DNA of 64,000 nucleotides, taken from assembly GCA_963709345.1 (NCBI GenBank), contig CAVPVX010000002.1, positions 320,001 through 384,000 on the forward strand, read 5' to 3'. Source of the DNA: an uncultured Actinomycetes bacterium. Lineage in GTDB: Bacteria > Actinomycetota > Thermoleophilia > UBA2241. Both the position numbers and the translations under genes were made by a program. This document shows positions 30,760 through 41,063 of the stretch, in pieces (the first letter of the stretch is position 1; each line of letters begins with the position of its first letter). The notes below the pieces were generated by a model. The model was not told the origin of the DNA. It did no database searches and was given only the letters and a program-made list of their open reading frames with translations.

Positions 30760-30807
30760 CAGAGCGTTATCTTACGCCATCGCCACCCCTCCCCCGCCCG
30801 GAACGCT

Positions 30808-30972
30808 TCAGTACTTGTCGGGCGCCGGGGAGCTGAACGCGGCCGTGAACTTCTGATCCACCTCGCGACTGCCGCACTTGGGGCAGACCGCCTGGGCATC
30901 GCGCTCGTCCATATGGCAGGTGGCCTCGAACTCGGCGCCGCACTCCTCGCAGACGAACTCGTAGGTTGCCAT
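30808..30972 (-). CDS. FmdB-family zinc-ribbon protein (54 aa, absent from the ORF track)
   Basis: Read by hand: MATYEFVCEECGAEFEATCHMDERDAQAVCPKCGSREVDQKFTAAFSSPAPDKY; GGGGGTGA RBS. Confidence 0.8.
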   Translation of the reverse strand: MATYEFVCEECGAEFEATCHMDERDAQAVCPKCGSREVDQKFTAAFSSPAPDKY

Positions 30973-31055
30973 TGCATCTCACCCCCTGGTGTGGACTCCC
31001 TTCACCCGATGAGTACCCCGTAGCTCGCCGCGCCTCACCGTAGGCGCGGGGTCGC

Positions 31056-31200
31056 CTACCCGAGCGTCTCCTCGCCGGGCTGCCAGTCGACCGGGCAGAG
31101 ATCGCCGGTCTGCAGGGCCTGCAGCACTGAGGGTCTCGTCGGTGTGGCGCCCGATGCTGTTGTCGTGCACGACCGCGTACTTGAGCACGCCCTCGGGGTG
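31056..31200 (-). pseudogene. C-terminal remnant of an AhpC/peroxiredoxin
   Basis: HPEGVLKYAVVHDNSIGRHTDETL / frameshift / VLQALQTGDLCPVDWQPGEETL; no N-terminal part. Confidence 0.75.
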
Positions 31201-31494
31201 GCCACCGACAGGTACGGCTGCTGGTGCGTCGCCGGGACGCACCACATCGCGGCCAAGACCGCGCGGATCAGCCTCCGGCGAGGCTCGATGCCCGAGGGCG
31301 GCGGCGCATGGCACAGCATGTTCGGGTCACGCTTTCCGAGCACCATGTCTCGGCCGACATGGCGACGCGTAACACGTCGATCTGCGTCGTCGGCACGTAT
31401 GACAGCGGCTGACCGCGCGGGATCGACCAAGCTGTGCTGATGATCAACTACTGACCGCGCGCGGGACGACTGTAGAAGCGCGCAGAGCGTCGGA

Positions 31495-31535
31495 GCGGGC
31501 GGGGCGGCGGCCGGAAGAGCAGCCGCCCCGCCCGC
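31495..31535 (-). terminator. Stem-loop after the 31545-33320 gene
   Basis: 14-bp inverted repeat GCGGGCGGGGCGGC / GCCGCCCCGCCCGC. Confidence 0.5.
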
Positions 31536-31544
31536 CCGCTACCG

Positions 31545-33320
31545 TCACATCTCGGGGAACGCGCTCGCGGAAACGACCTTGGTGTATTTGCTCGCTCCGG
31601 TCCCGAGCGTGAGCGTCCAGTTGGACCAGTTGGTCGTCGTCTTCGAGTGCCTCTGCGTATAGATGTACGCCGCGTCCGACCACGATGTCGTCCAGTACTT
31701 CGTTGACGCCCTCGTCGAGAACACGAGCGGATCCACCCAGCGGCGGTATTCCGCCGGGGTGAGGAAGTCGCCGGTGTACCAGTTCCAGTCGGAGCCGGTG
31801 CAGTCCCACACCACGTACTTGCCGTCGGGGATGTTCCTGATCACGGTGCTGCCGTTCTTGCGCATGTAGACGCTGAGGACGGGCCGCTTGGGCGCCGTCG
31901 AGCGCGCGAGAACGACCATGGCGTCGCTGCCCGACTTGTTCTTGACGGTCAGCTTGGCGCGACCGCCGTTCGCCTTGCGCGCGATCACGTAGCCGTTGCG
32001 GAGGCGCACCGGCTTGACAACGACGAGCGTCGCTTCCGCGTCGCCGCACCGCAGCCGGTAGTCGCCCGCCGAACCCGGCGTGAATGTATAGGAGAGGGAC
32101 TCCGCCACGCCGGGACGCACCTCCACCGGTTGTGCATCGAGCTCGCTGCCGTCCGCTTCGAGGACGCCGGGGAAGGTGCCGGAGATGTCACCCGAGTTGT
32201 CCACCGAGGTCTCGACCGCGACAGTGTCCCCTATCTTTGCGATAGTCGGCGTGATCACCAGCTCGGCGACGTGGTACTCCGGCGGCCTCACGGCCCGGGC
32301 GGTGATCTCGGAGCCGCCAACGACCAGCTTCGTGAGACCGGGGTCGGCGCTGGACGGCAACTGCAGATCGACGCCGGCCGATTCTCCCGCGCCAAGTCGC
32401 AAGCTCACCTGGGACTGGCCGTCGCCGTCGACCGAGTACGGCGAGCTGAAGGTCCCGCCGAACAGGCCGTGGTTGACGACCTGGACACGCATCTCCGGAG
32501 ACTCGTCCAGCACGATGCGGGTGTCGGTCGGGGCGAGCACCTCGTAGTGCGGCATCCACCAGAGACCTGCCGCGGCGAGGAGCAGGACGCCGCACAGCAC
32601 GCCCGAGACGACGAGCGTGGCGCGCTGGCCCATCGCCGAGATCCAGCGCCGAGCAGCGTCCGGCTTGAGCGCCGCCGCAATGAACACGGTTGCGGCGATG
32701 ACGGCGGCCGCCGTGGCGACCATGCCGGCGGCGTCACGCAAGCGACCGGAAGCCAGGGCGAAGGCGATGGCGGAGAGCACGCCGAGAGCCACCACGACGA
32801 CGACCGGCAGCACCCAGCCGGGCCGCACGCCCGGCGGACTCGGTGTGGCGGCCGTAGCGGCTTCGGGCGCCGCGGAGTACTGCGGAGCTGCGCCCGGCTG
32901 GGGCGCGGGGGCGTACGGCGGAGCCGCGCCCGGAGCGGGCGCCGTGGCAGGCGGCGCCTCGGCGGCGGACGGGACGGAAACGAGTGGCGGCTGCACGGCC
33001 GGGGTGGGCGTCACCGGCGCGGGCGGCGTCTGAGCAGGCGCGGGCTGGGCTGCGGCAGGCTCCGCGGCCGGTGGAGTCACGACGGGCGGCGGCGCCGCGG
33101 CAGGCGGCTCCGCTGCGGGCGGCGGCGCCGGGAGTCCGGCGGTCTGGTAGACCCACTCGCGCAGGCCGTCGTAGGCCCACTGCAGATGCCCCGATCCGTC
33201 GTACCCGGCGACGTCCCGGGCAGTCACGGGGCCGTGGCCCTCCAGCGTGAACCGGCCCTCGTCGTACGTGATCGTCTTGCCCACCCACCCCGTAGTAGGC
33301 CCGAACGTGGCGATGACCAT
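31545..33320 (-). CDS. Membrane protein: N-terminal domain, Pro-rich linker, 3 TM, CARDB/Ig-like extracellular domains
   Basis: GGGAGG RBS; Pro/Ala-rich stretch; GDTVAVETSVDNSGD CARDB-like motif. Confidence 0.7.
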   Translation of the reverse strand: MVIATFGPTTGWVGKTITYDEGRFTLEGHGPVTARDVAGYDGSGHLQWAYDGLREWVYQTAGLPAPPPAAEPPAAAPPPVVTPPAAEPAAAQPAPAQTPPAPVTPTPAVQPPLVSVPSAAEAPPATAPAPGAAPPYAPAPQPGAAPQYSAAPEAATAATPSPPGVRPGWVLPVVVVVALGVLSAIAFALASGRLRDAAGMVATAAAVIAATVFIAAALKPDAARRWISAMGQRATLVVSGVLCGVLLLAAAGLWWMPHYEVLAPTDTRIVLDESPEMRVQVVNHGLFGGTFSSPYSVDGDGQSQVSLRLGAGESAGVDLQLPSSADPGLTKLVVGGSEITARAVRPPEYHVAELVITPTIAKIGDTVAVETSVDNSGDISGTFPGVLEADGSELDAQPVEVRPGVAESLSYTFTPGSAGDYRLRCGDAEATLVVVKPVRLRNGYVIARKANGGRAKLTVKNKSGSDAMVVLARSTAPKRPVLSVYMRKNGSTVIRNIPDGKYVVWDCTGSDWNWYTGDFLTPAEYRRWVDPLVFSTRASTKYWTTSWSDAAYIYTQRHSKTTTNWSNWTLTLGTGASKYTKVVSASAFPEM

Positions 33321-33528
33321 CGTCCCTCCCAATGGACGGCGCCGTCCACACACGGCACTCGCCGCCGGAACGGCGTTGTTTGGCTCCAGCCGAGTCGGCC
33401 CCGACCCGGCACCCCGGAGTGTACCCGAGCCGGCGGCGTGCTCACAGTTCAGTCACGGATGGCCCGCCGGGGTCGGACGACCACCAAACGGTCGTCATCT
33501 CGTGCAGAGCGCCATCCGAGAGCTCAGC

Positions 33529-34881
33529 CTACGCATCGTCGTGCTGAGGCGGCGCGGACACGAGACCGGGGTCCGCGTCGGACTCGTCGCCCTCGTCCAA
33601 TCCGTTCAACGGAGTGGCCAGATCCAGGACGAGCGACGCCTCGTCGTCCGGCAACTGCTCGACCGAGCGCAGACGGCGCTCCATGGCGCGCGTGCGCACG
33701 CCGGTCTGCTCGATGGTGCGGCTGGCAATGTCGAGTTGGCGCTTGACCCTGTCCAGCACCTCGCCGAATCTGGCGAACTCGGTCTTGACGGCCCCGAGCA
33801 CCCGCCAGACCTCCACCGCCTGCTGCTCGATCGCCAAGGTCTGGAAGCCCATGCGGAGACTGCTGAGGAGCGCCGCAAGGATCGACGGGCCGGCGACGAC
33901 GACCCGGTAGCGGTGCTGCAGGTCGTCGATGAGCGCCGGCTGGCGGGCCACCTCGGCGTACAAGCCCTCGGTGGCGAGGAACATGATCGCGAAATCGGTC
34001 GTGTGAGGTGGCTTGACGTACTTGCTGTAGATGTCCTGCGCCGCGACGCGGATGGCGCGCGCCAGGGCCTCGACGGCGCGCTGCGTAGCCTCGGGGTCGC
34101 CGGCGTCGGCGGCATCCTGGATGCGCAGGTAGTCCTCCTGCGGCAGCTTGGAGTCGATGGGCAGCCAGACGCAGGCGCCGGGCTCGTCCTTGGGGCCTGG
34201 GAGCCTGACGGCGAACTCGACCACCTCGCGGGAGCCCTGCTCGACGTGGACGTTGCGCTCAAACTGGCCGGGCGCGAGGATCTCCTCGAGCAGCGCGCCC
34301 AGCTGGACCTCGGCCCAGGTGCCGCGCGCCTTGACGTTGGTGAGCACGCGCTTGAGGTCGCCGACCCCGTTCGCGAGGCTCTGCATCTCGCCGAGGCCCT
34401 TCTGCACCGACTCGAGCTGGTCGCTGACGAGCTTGAACGACTCGCCGAGTCGCTTCTCGAGCGTCGTCTGGAGCTTCTCGTCGACGGTCTTGCGCATCTC
34501 CTCCAGCCGCTTCTCGTTGCCGTCCTGCAGTTCGCGGACGCGAGTGTCGACGGTGGCGCGGATGAGGTTCAGCGACGCCTGGTTGGACTCGCTCAGCTCC
34601 TTGAGGCCCTTCGCGAGCCCGTCGAGCTGGGTGCGCTGCACCTCGCCCATGCTCGCGAGCGTCAGCGCGAGGGTCTCGTTGGCCGAGGCCAGGCCCTTGG
34701 TGAGCTCGGCCCGGGAGTCGCTCGCCGCCCGGCCGGCCTCTTCGCGGGCGGCGCGGAGCTCGCCGCGCAGCGGGTCGGCGCGGCCCGAGGAGGTTCGCGC
34801 CGACCGCGCCAGGAGCACGACGAGCAGCACGGCGTTCACCGCGACCAGGGCCAGAAGCAGCCAGAGGATGGTGTCGCTCAT
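33529..34881 (-). CDS. rmuC: DNA recombination protein RmuC
   Basis: N-terminal TM, coiled coil, NVKARGTWAE, LPIDSK.P.EDY, TTDFAIMFL.TEGLYAE, MGFQTLAI. Confidence 0.92.
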   Translation of the reverse strand: MSDTILWLLLALVAVNAVLLVVLLARSARTSSGRADPLRGELRAAREEAGRAASDSRAELTKGLASANETLALTLASMGEVQRTQLDGLAKGLKELSESNQASLNLIRATVDTRVRELQDGNEKRLEEMRKTVDEKLQTTLEKRLGESFKLVSDQLESVQKGLGEMQSLANGVGDLKRVLTNVKARGTWAEVQLGALLEEILAPGQFERNVHVEQGSREVVEFAVRLPGPKDEPGACVWLPIDSKLPQEDYLRIQDAADAGDPEATQRAVEALARAIRVAAQDIYSKYVKPPHTTDFAIMFLATEGLYAEVARQPALIDDLQHRYRVVVAGPSILAALLSSLRMGFQTLAIEQQAVEVWRVLGAVKTEFARFGEVLDRVKRQLDIASRTIEQTGVRTRAMERRLRSVEQLPDDEASLVLDLATPLNGLDEGDESDADPGLVSAPPQHDDA

Positions 34882-35033
34882 TGGTCACGCTCCCTGCGTC
34901 GGCGGTCGGACTGGGCGTGGACGCGCATACGCTCAGCGTCATCGTACCGGAAGGCGAAGACGGACCGCGCGGCGGCCGGTGCGCCCCACATGCGCTAGAG
35001 TCATGGGCGAAACAGCGTTGAAAGGTCCCTGCC

Positions 35034-36021
35034 CTGTCGCTCCTTGTCTGGGTCGCCATAGCGTTCGCGATGGTCGCCGGCGCCGGCGGCAACGTGCTCG
35101 TCAACAAGCGCCTGACCACGTGCCTCGACCCGGTGGCCGCCAACATGCTGGTTCGCGGGGTCTCCATCACGACCATCGTCCTGGTGACGACGCCGCTCAC
35201 GGTGTTCCACCTGTGGTCCCTCACCTACGACATGACGTGGGAGGCGACCGCCTACGTTGCCCTCATCGCGATCGTCGGCTGGCTCGTGGCCCAGAACGCG
35301 TACTACTACGCCCTTCGCTCCGGCCGCGTCACCGTGGTCTCTCCCATCACCAGCACCAACCTGCTCTTCACCGCTCTCTTCGCGACGATCCTGGTCGGAG
35401 CGGTCCTCGGCCTGCTGACCCTGGCCGGCCTCCTGGTCGCCGCCGCCGGGATCGTCTTCATCGCGCGCGTGGACCGACGCGACAAGGTCGTGGCCGAAGG
35501 CCTGGACGCCCAGCCGGTGCTCCTGCCTGCAGACGAGACGATGGTCGAACCGCCGGACTGGACGAAGTCCGTCCCACTCGTGGTGCTGCTCGCGCTGGCC
35601 AGCGCCGTCGGCTGGGGCCTCGGCCCGGTGCTCATCCAGCTGGCCCAGCAGTCGCTCGGAGGCACCACCGTGCCGATGGTCCTCATCGCGCAGGGGCTGG
35701 GATTCCTGCTGCTCGCGGGGTTCGTCGTGACTCCGCCGCGTGCCTCTGGCGACGCGCGAGCTGACGCATACCGAGCGCCGACGGGCGCTGCGGTTCGTGC
35801 TCATCGCCGGCTCGTTCGAGGGCGCCTTCGCCATCCTCTTCTATCTCGTCGTCGAGAATCTCGGCTCGGTGCTGACGGCGATGATCGTGGCCACGACGCC
35901 GATCTTCGCGATCGTCTGGAGCGCCGTGTTCCTGAGCGATCGCCTCAGCCGCCGTCTGGCGATCGCCATCGCGATCACGCTCCTCGGCGTCTTTCTCGCC
36001 ATCGTGGACAAGCTCCTCTGA
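35034..36021 (+). CDS. EamA/DMT-family transporter, frameshift near 35730
   Basis: Two EamA halves (VVSPITSTNLLFT; ATTPIFAIVWSAVFL); one extra base at GTG-A-CTC; start at CTG 35034 or ATG 35070. Confidence 0.7.
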
Positions 36022-36551
36022 TGGCCGGCGCGCGGCCGACGACGGCGCGGTTCCGCCGCCGCTACTACGCACGTCCCGGCCCGTTCCTGTGGGACGCGCG
36101 CGCCATCCTGGCGCGCCGGGCGCTGGTGCGGCGCGCCATGCGCGGATTCGTCGCGCCCGGCTTTCGGGAGCGCCTGATGATGATCGTGACGGAGGTCAAC
36201 GGCTGCCGCTACTGCAGCTACTACCACGCACGTGAGTCGCTCGCCGCAGGCGTCCCGGAGGCGGAGTTGCGCGAGTTGCTCGCGGGGTCGATCCCGAGCG
36301 ACGCACCGGCGGAGGAGTTGCCGGCGCTCCTGTACGCCCGGCACTGGGCGGAGACCGACGCCCGGCCGGACCACGACGCGGACCGGCGCCTGACAGAGGT
36401 CTACGGCGGCGAGAAGGCCGAGGCGATCCGCGTCGTCCTGCGCATGATCCGCGTGGGCAACCTGCTCGGCAACTCCGCCGACTACCTGCTCTACCGGCTG
36501 ACGCTCGGCCGCTTCGGACTGCGCGCGGACGAGGCGCGGTTCGGCGGCTGA
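36021..36551 (+). CDS. Carboxymuconolactone decarboxylase / AhpD-like protein
   Basis: ERLMMIVTEVNGCRYCSYYH (CxxC..H); ATG overlaps the upstream TGA. Confidence 0.82.
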   Translation: MAGARPTTARFRRRYYARPGPFLWDARAILARRALVRRAMRGFVAPGFRERLMMIVTEVNGCRYCSYYHARESLAAGVPEAELRELLAGSIPSDAPAEELPALLYARHWAETDARPDHDADRRLTEVYGGEKAEAIRVVLRMIRVGNLLGNSADYLLYRLTLGRFGLRADEARFGG

Positions 36552-36588
36552 CGCGCCGGCGCGGCTCACGGCGCCCGGACGAGGCCCT

Positions 36589-37581
36589 CTACCGCACCCT
36601 CATGGTGCGCAGCGCCGAGGTCACCGCCGCGTGGTCGGCGTCGGCCGGGGCATACGCGCGGAGCCTCCAGCGACCCGTCTTGCCCAGGGCGAAGCGCGCC
36701 ACGTAGCGGGTCGCGCCGGCCGAGTCGCGGTTGGTCGCCGCGACGGTCCGCTTGAGCACCCAGGACCTGCCGTTGAAGCGGTAGCAGCGGATGAAGACCG
36801 AGTGGGCGCCGGCGGGGTGTCGCGGCGAGAGCTCGCCCACGACGTAGAAGCGCCTGTCGGCGACGACCCTCGCGGGCGCCCTCGGCGCGCTCAGCGCCGG
36901 CTTCGGCCGCGGCGCCGGGCTCCAGTAGTTCGCCGGCTCCGGCGTGGGGACCGTGACTCCGAAGCCGTTCCTGAGCCACGTCTTGGGCACCGGCGTGACG
37001 GGAACGCCGGTCCACCAGCCCTCGGGGCCGGAAGCGATGTGCCCCCAGACCTTGTACGGGTACTCGTTGTACGCGACCCAGCCGTTATAGGCCCACACCG
37101 CGTAGAACCAGTTCTCGTACCAGTGCTTGTCGCCGTCGCCGATGACCGGGATGACCGACGGAGCGTAGTTCCACTTGACGAGGAGGATGTCCGCACCCAC
37201 GGCGATGTTGTAGTCGATGTCGGTCTTGAGGCGCTCGACGTCGACGCCGGCGGGGATCGTGGTCACCTGCATGATGCCGATGCCGTTATCGCCGCTGATG
37301 AGCGGGTCGCCGGCAGCCGTGAACTGCCGCCACGTGCTCTCCTGGAAGGCGATGCCGTAGAGGATCTTGGGCGGGATGTCGCGGGCGACGGCGGCGCTGC
37401 TCAGCTTGGCGCGGATCTCCGCCGTCGTGGGGTTGACATACGGGCCGGCGGAGGCCGGAGCGGCGAAGACGGCGGCCACCACGACGAGAGCCGCGGCGAG
37501 GGTCGCGCCCAGCGCGACGGCGGCCACGGCGGCACGGCGGCGACACGGCGGCGCGACTGAGCGTGGGCACAGGGACTCCAT
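36589..37581 (-). CDS. Secreted SLT-type lytic transglycosylase-domain protein
   Basis: Signal peptide; IAFQESTWRQF, GIGIMQV, YNIAVGA, AVWAYNG. Confidence 0.82.
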   Translation of the reverse strand: MESLCPRSVAPPCRRRAAVAAVALGATLAAALVVVAAVFAAPASAGPYVNPTTAEIRAKLSSAAVARDIPPKILYGIAFQESTWRQFTAAGDPLISGDNGIGIMQVTTIPAGVDVERLKTDIDYNIAVGADILLVKWNYAPSVIPVIGDGDKHWYENWFYAVWAYNGWVAYNEYPYKVWGHIASGPEGWWTGVPVTPVPKTWLRNGFGVTVPTPEPANYWSPAPRPKPALSAPRAPARVVADRRFYVVGELSPRHPAGAHSVFIRCYRFNGRSWVLKRTVAATNRDSAGATRYVARFALGKTGRWRLRAYAPADADHAAVTSALRTMRVR

Positions 37582-38279
37582 ACTCCTACCAGTGTAGCGC
37601 GCCTCGGGCGGTCCGGCCTCCCGGCGGCCGGGCCCGACGCCTCCCGGCTGATCCGGCGGCGCAGCACGGCGACGCGCTCGCGCACCGGCGTCGCCGGCAT
37701 GCCCTTGCTGTTGAGCGGCGGGTCGAGCCGCTCGAGGACCGCGCGCTCGAGCCCCGCGAGGGTGTCGCGGTCGTCGTGCGGGTGGACGGCCACGGCGAGG
37801 TGCTCGCGCATCCACGCGCTGAGCGCCTGCTCGGACGCCGGCGTGACGAGCATCGCCGCCTGGCCCTGCAGCTCGAGTGAGTCGAAGAGGATCGCGGCGA
37901 GCGTCCAGCGCAGGGTGGACATGCGGATCTTGCCGCCGAGGTGCACCCGGGCGATCCGATCGCCGAGGCCGCCGGCGCCGGCCTTGCCGGAGGGCCACTG
38001 CGTGGCTCCGGCCTGCCCGGCATGGATGCGCCCGGGCTCGACGGCGAGGCCGAAGTCGAGCCCGCGCGAGAGGTCGGCGGCGCCGGCTTCGTCGACCCAC
38101 CAGGCGTAGAGCCCCGGCCGGTCCAGACACGTGACGCCGGCCGGCCACTCGCCCGCCGGCATGAGCTCCGGGGAGACGTCGAGGTCGTCGAGGGCAGTCC
38201 ACGCGTCGCGCTCCTGCCACTGCGGAGGTCGGCCGGCCGGGTCATCCGGTGGCATCTGTCCGGCGCTCGGATCCATCAT
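37401..38279 (-). CDS. GIY-YIG-like nuclease-family protein (3' end uncertain)
   Basis: PGLYAWW..IHAGQAG..RI...H..STLR.TL..LE..L..LDPPLN; frame runs about 180 nt into the next gene. Confidence 0.6.
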   Translation of the reverse strand: MMDPSAGQMPPDDPAGRPPQWQERDAWTALDDLDVSPELMPAGEWPAGVTCLDRPGLYAWWVDEAGAADLSRGLDFGLAVEPGRIHAGQAGATQWPSGKAGAGGLGDRIARVHLGGKIRMSTLRWTLAAILFDSLELQGQAAMLVTPASEQALSAWMREHLAVAVHPHDDRDTLAGLERAVLERLDPPLNSKGMPATPVRERVAVLRRRISREASGPAAGRPDRPRRATLVGVWSPCAHAQSRRRVAAVPPWPPSRWARPSPRLSSWWPPSSPLRPPPARMSTPRRRRSAPS

Positions 38280-38541
38280 GATTCCTCTTCTCTACGGCGA
38301 CTCATTGGGCGACACGGGCCGTACACCGCTACGCTACCTGCCCCTGTCACAGCAGGAAAGCGCGACGGCTCCAGACGGGACCCGAGGCGCCGGCCCAGCC
38401 ACTCGACGTCGCCTTGGCAGTGAACGCTCTCCGCGACCCGCCATGGACCGCGGCGCACGCGCAGCGGATCCTGCGACCAGCGCCGGCGAGAGATGGACCT
38501 GCCGGGCTCCGCAGGACACACCGACACCCTGAGGGGGAAGC

Positions 38542-38901
38542 ATGGCCGCACGTCTCGCTCGTCTCACCCGCCCCACGCCGACGCGGATGCTGCTTGTCGC
38601 GCTACCGCTGGTCGTGGCGCTCGTTGCGACGGCGGTGGCCGCCGCCCCCGCGAGCGCCGCCACCTCGGCCGACCACTTCTTCATCTCGGGCATCGGCCCC
38701 ACGTACGCGACTGGGCACTCCTTCAGCGGATTCGCTGCCAACACCATCGCCACCGATACGAGCGGCAACGTGTTCGTCACGCCGGGCTCCACCTCCACGG
38801 GTTGGTTCAGGAACTCCATGCCGTCGACGGCGAGGACGCCGTCGAACGTGGCGGCATGTCGCCGGTGTTCGTCACAGACGTCTCCAGCACCGAGAGAATA
38901 G
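38542..38901 (+). pseudogene. Truncated secreted protein with one NHL-like repeat
   Basis: Signal peptide, IATDTSGNVFVT; coding character fades just before the AT-richer segment. Confidence 0.45.
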
Positions 38902-38903
38902 AC

Positions 38904-38938
38904 AAGGGGAGCTGAGAAAAGCATTCTCAGCTCCCCTT
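38904..38938. terminator. Intrinsic terminator-like hairpin at the end of the RidA segment
   Basis: Perfect 15-bp stem AAGGGGAGCTGAGAA / TTCTCAGCTCCCCTT. Confidence 0.75.
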
Positions 38939-39027
38939 TCCACAGTCAGGTGTGCGCCTTCACATTCACCTTCGGCACCAACAAGTAGCTCTGACAGTTC
39001 CTGTCCTTCCTTACGGACAGATGCCTG

Positions 39028-40291
39028 TCACGCCAGTGGAGGTGTTCCTTCCTCGTTTGCCACGACTGCATCGATTTGGACCAAAGCATCCATAGGCAGG
39101 GCTGAAACGCCAACCGTCCTTCGTGCAGGAACCCCGCCGGGGAAGAACGTCGCGTAAGCCTCGTCTACGGCAGCCATATCTGAGACGTTCTTGACGGCAA
39201 TGTTCACTTTCACCACATCGTCCATAGCGTGGTCGATGCTCTCCACAATTGCCTTGATATTGTTCAGGCACTGTGCAGCCTGCTCCTTCACACCGCCGGT
39301 CACCATCTTGCCAGAGCCTGAATCGACACCCAATTGGGCAGAAATGTGATTGTAATGAGAAAACGCTACAGTCTGTGTAGATAGAGCACTCTTCGGTGCA
39401 CTATCAGTGTTGTTTGCTTCTATGACGAGCTTGACCGTGTCTGCAACCGGTTGTGGGGGCGTCCCGTCTCCGTGTGACAGAACTGCTTCAACCTGTACCA
39501 AAGCTTCCATAGGCAAAGCTGACGCTGCTACTGTTGTCAGTGCAGGAACATAGGTCGGGAAACATGCTCTATACACTTCTGTCGCAACTTCAATATCTGA
39601 GAAGATTCGTACCGAATATGGTGATTCTGACAACATCGTCCATGACATGGCCGATACTGTCCAGAATCGCCTTGATATTGTCGAAGCACTGTCCAGCCTG
39701 CTCTCTTGCACCACCAGGTACCAGTTTGCCGGACCTCGGATCGATACCGATTTGGGCAGAGATATTGTTGTAATGAGAAAACGCCACAGTCTGTGTGGAC
39801 AGAGAACTCTTTGGTGCATTTTCCGTGTCTCTCGCAACCTTCACGAGTCCTCCACGGACGTCGCCTGCTTGTGGTGCGTTCGGAATGGTACCTTCACCGT
39901 TTGAAACAAGTGCTTCAATTTGCACCAGAGCATCCATAGGCAAAGCGGCGACTGCAACTGTCGTCCGCGTAGGCTTATAGATTGTTGGGAAGAACGCTTG
40001 ATACACTTCGTCTACAGCTTCAGTATCTGAGATATTCTTGAGGAATACAGTGACTCTGACAACATCGTCCATAGCATGGTTGATACTGTCTAGAATCGCC
40101 TTGATATTGTTGAAGCACTGTCCCGCCTGCTCCTTTGCACCACCAGCTACCATTTGACCCGATTTTGGATCGATAGGCAATTGGGCTGAGAGATTGTTGT
40201 AGTGAGAGAAGGCTACAGTCTGTGAATACGGACCTATGCCTCTTGGAGCACTTGCCGCATCTCTTGCCAATACTGCGTTATACCCACTCAT
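39028..40291 (-). CDS. Three-domain RidA/YjgF-family protein, one frameshift near 39602, low GC
   Basis: Three repeats of SQTVAFSHYN..SAQ..QAxQCxxNIKAI..DDVV..LPMxALVQxxA; much AT-richer than flanks. Confidence 0.85.
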
Positions 40292-40514
40292 GACAGCATT
40301 CCTCTTTTCGGTTGTAGTGTTGACAAAAGGAAAGGTAACCCACATTCAGGTCACCTGTATTCCCGCAATCGCCTGCTATTTCGCAGAGGTCTTCTGCCAG
40401 CTATTGTATGATCTTACTCAGCTTTGCCTCCCGACGCCGTCTGTGACCGCCGCAGCTGCTGCTTCGTCCGCGCTCTACCAGGGTAGCGGGCGCTGAGGGC
40501 TGCCGGCCGGCACA

Positions 40515-40930
40515 GCGAGAGATAGGGTGGCAGCCGCCGCCGAATGGCAACCCGGCCGGTGAGAGACTCCGTCACGCCAGTGGCCGACATCACGTTCTGC
40601 GAAACGGCAACCACGAATTGGCCCCGGCGCTCGCGGTGAGCGCCGATGAGCTCCTGGTTGTGGGGCAGAAGCGACGGCACGTTCCGGATCTCGTAGAGCA
40701 CCACCGGCGGCGCTTACTGACGGAGAAAGCCACGGGGCATCCTCCGTGGCCGAGGCGCGCACGTCGGGAGCTTCGAGCGAAACGTAGGCGTGGGTGCCGG
40801 CGAGCGCGCGGCGGAGATGGGTTGTCTTGCCCGACTGTCGCGGTCCCGTGAGCAGGACAGCCGGGAACTGCGCGACGGCCCGCGCAAGAAAAGGCTCGAG
40901 TGTGCGAGTGGTGTACGGAACGGCGTCCAT
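40515..40930 (-). pseudogene. Degraded AAA_14/DUF4143-type ATPase, N-terminal fragment
   Basis: LTGPRQSGKTT Walker A; second frame YEIRNVP..GQFVVAVSQ..TESLTGR (decayed DEIQ/TGSQ/ESLAGR). Confidence 0.7.
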
Positions 40931-40969
40931 GACCCCGCATTCTTGCTGTCAGAAAGCAAGATTGCAAGG

Positions 40970-40999
40970 TGGTGGACCTAACTGGACAGCTCTCGAACC
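40970..40999 (-). mobile_element. tRNA-3'-end-like sequence, possible att remnant
   Basis: Minus strand GGTTCGA-GAGCTG-TCCAGTTAGGTCCACCA; the last 17 nt match tRNA positions 60-76 including CCA; no 5' half. Confidence 0.4.
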
Positions 41000-41063
41000 C
41001 ACGCCTCGAAGTGCGCCGCCCATTCGATACGAACAGCACGGCACGCGGACGCCAAGCACAGCC

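Noticed and set aside
35070-36551. 493-aa EamA-AhpD fusion shown in the ORF track
   Set aside because: Artefact of the frameshift near 35730; the EamA C-terminal half is in another frame and the AhpD-like gene has its own ATG overlapping the EamA stop.
40930-41060. Intact tRNA gene
   Set aside because: Only a 3'-end-like piece is present; the T-stem does not pair and there are no D or anticodon arms.
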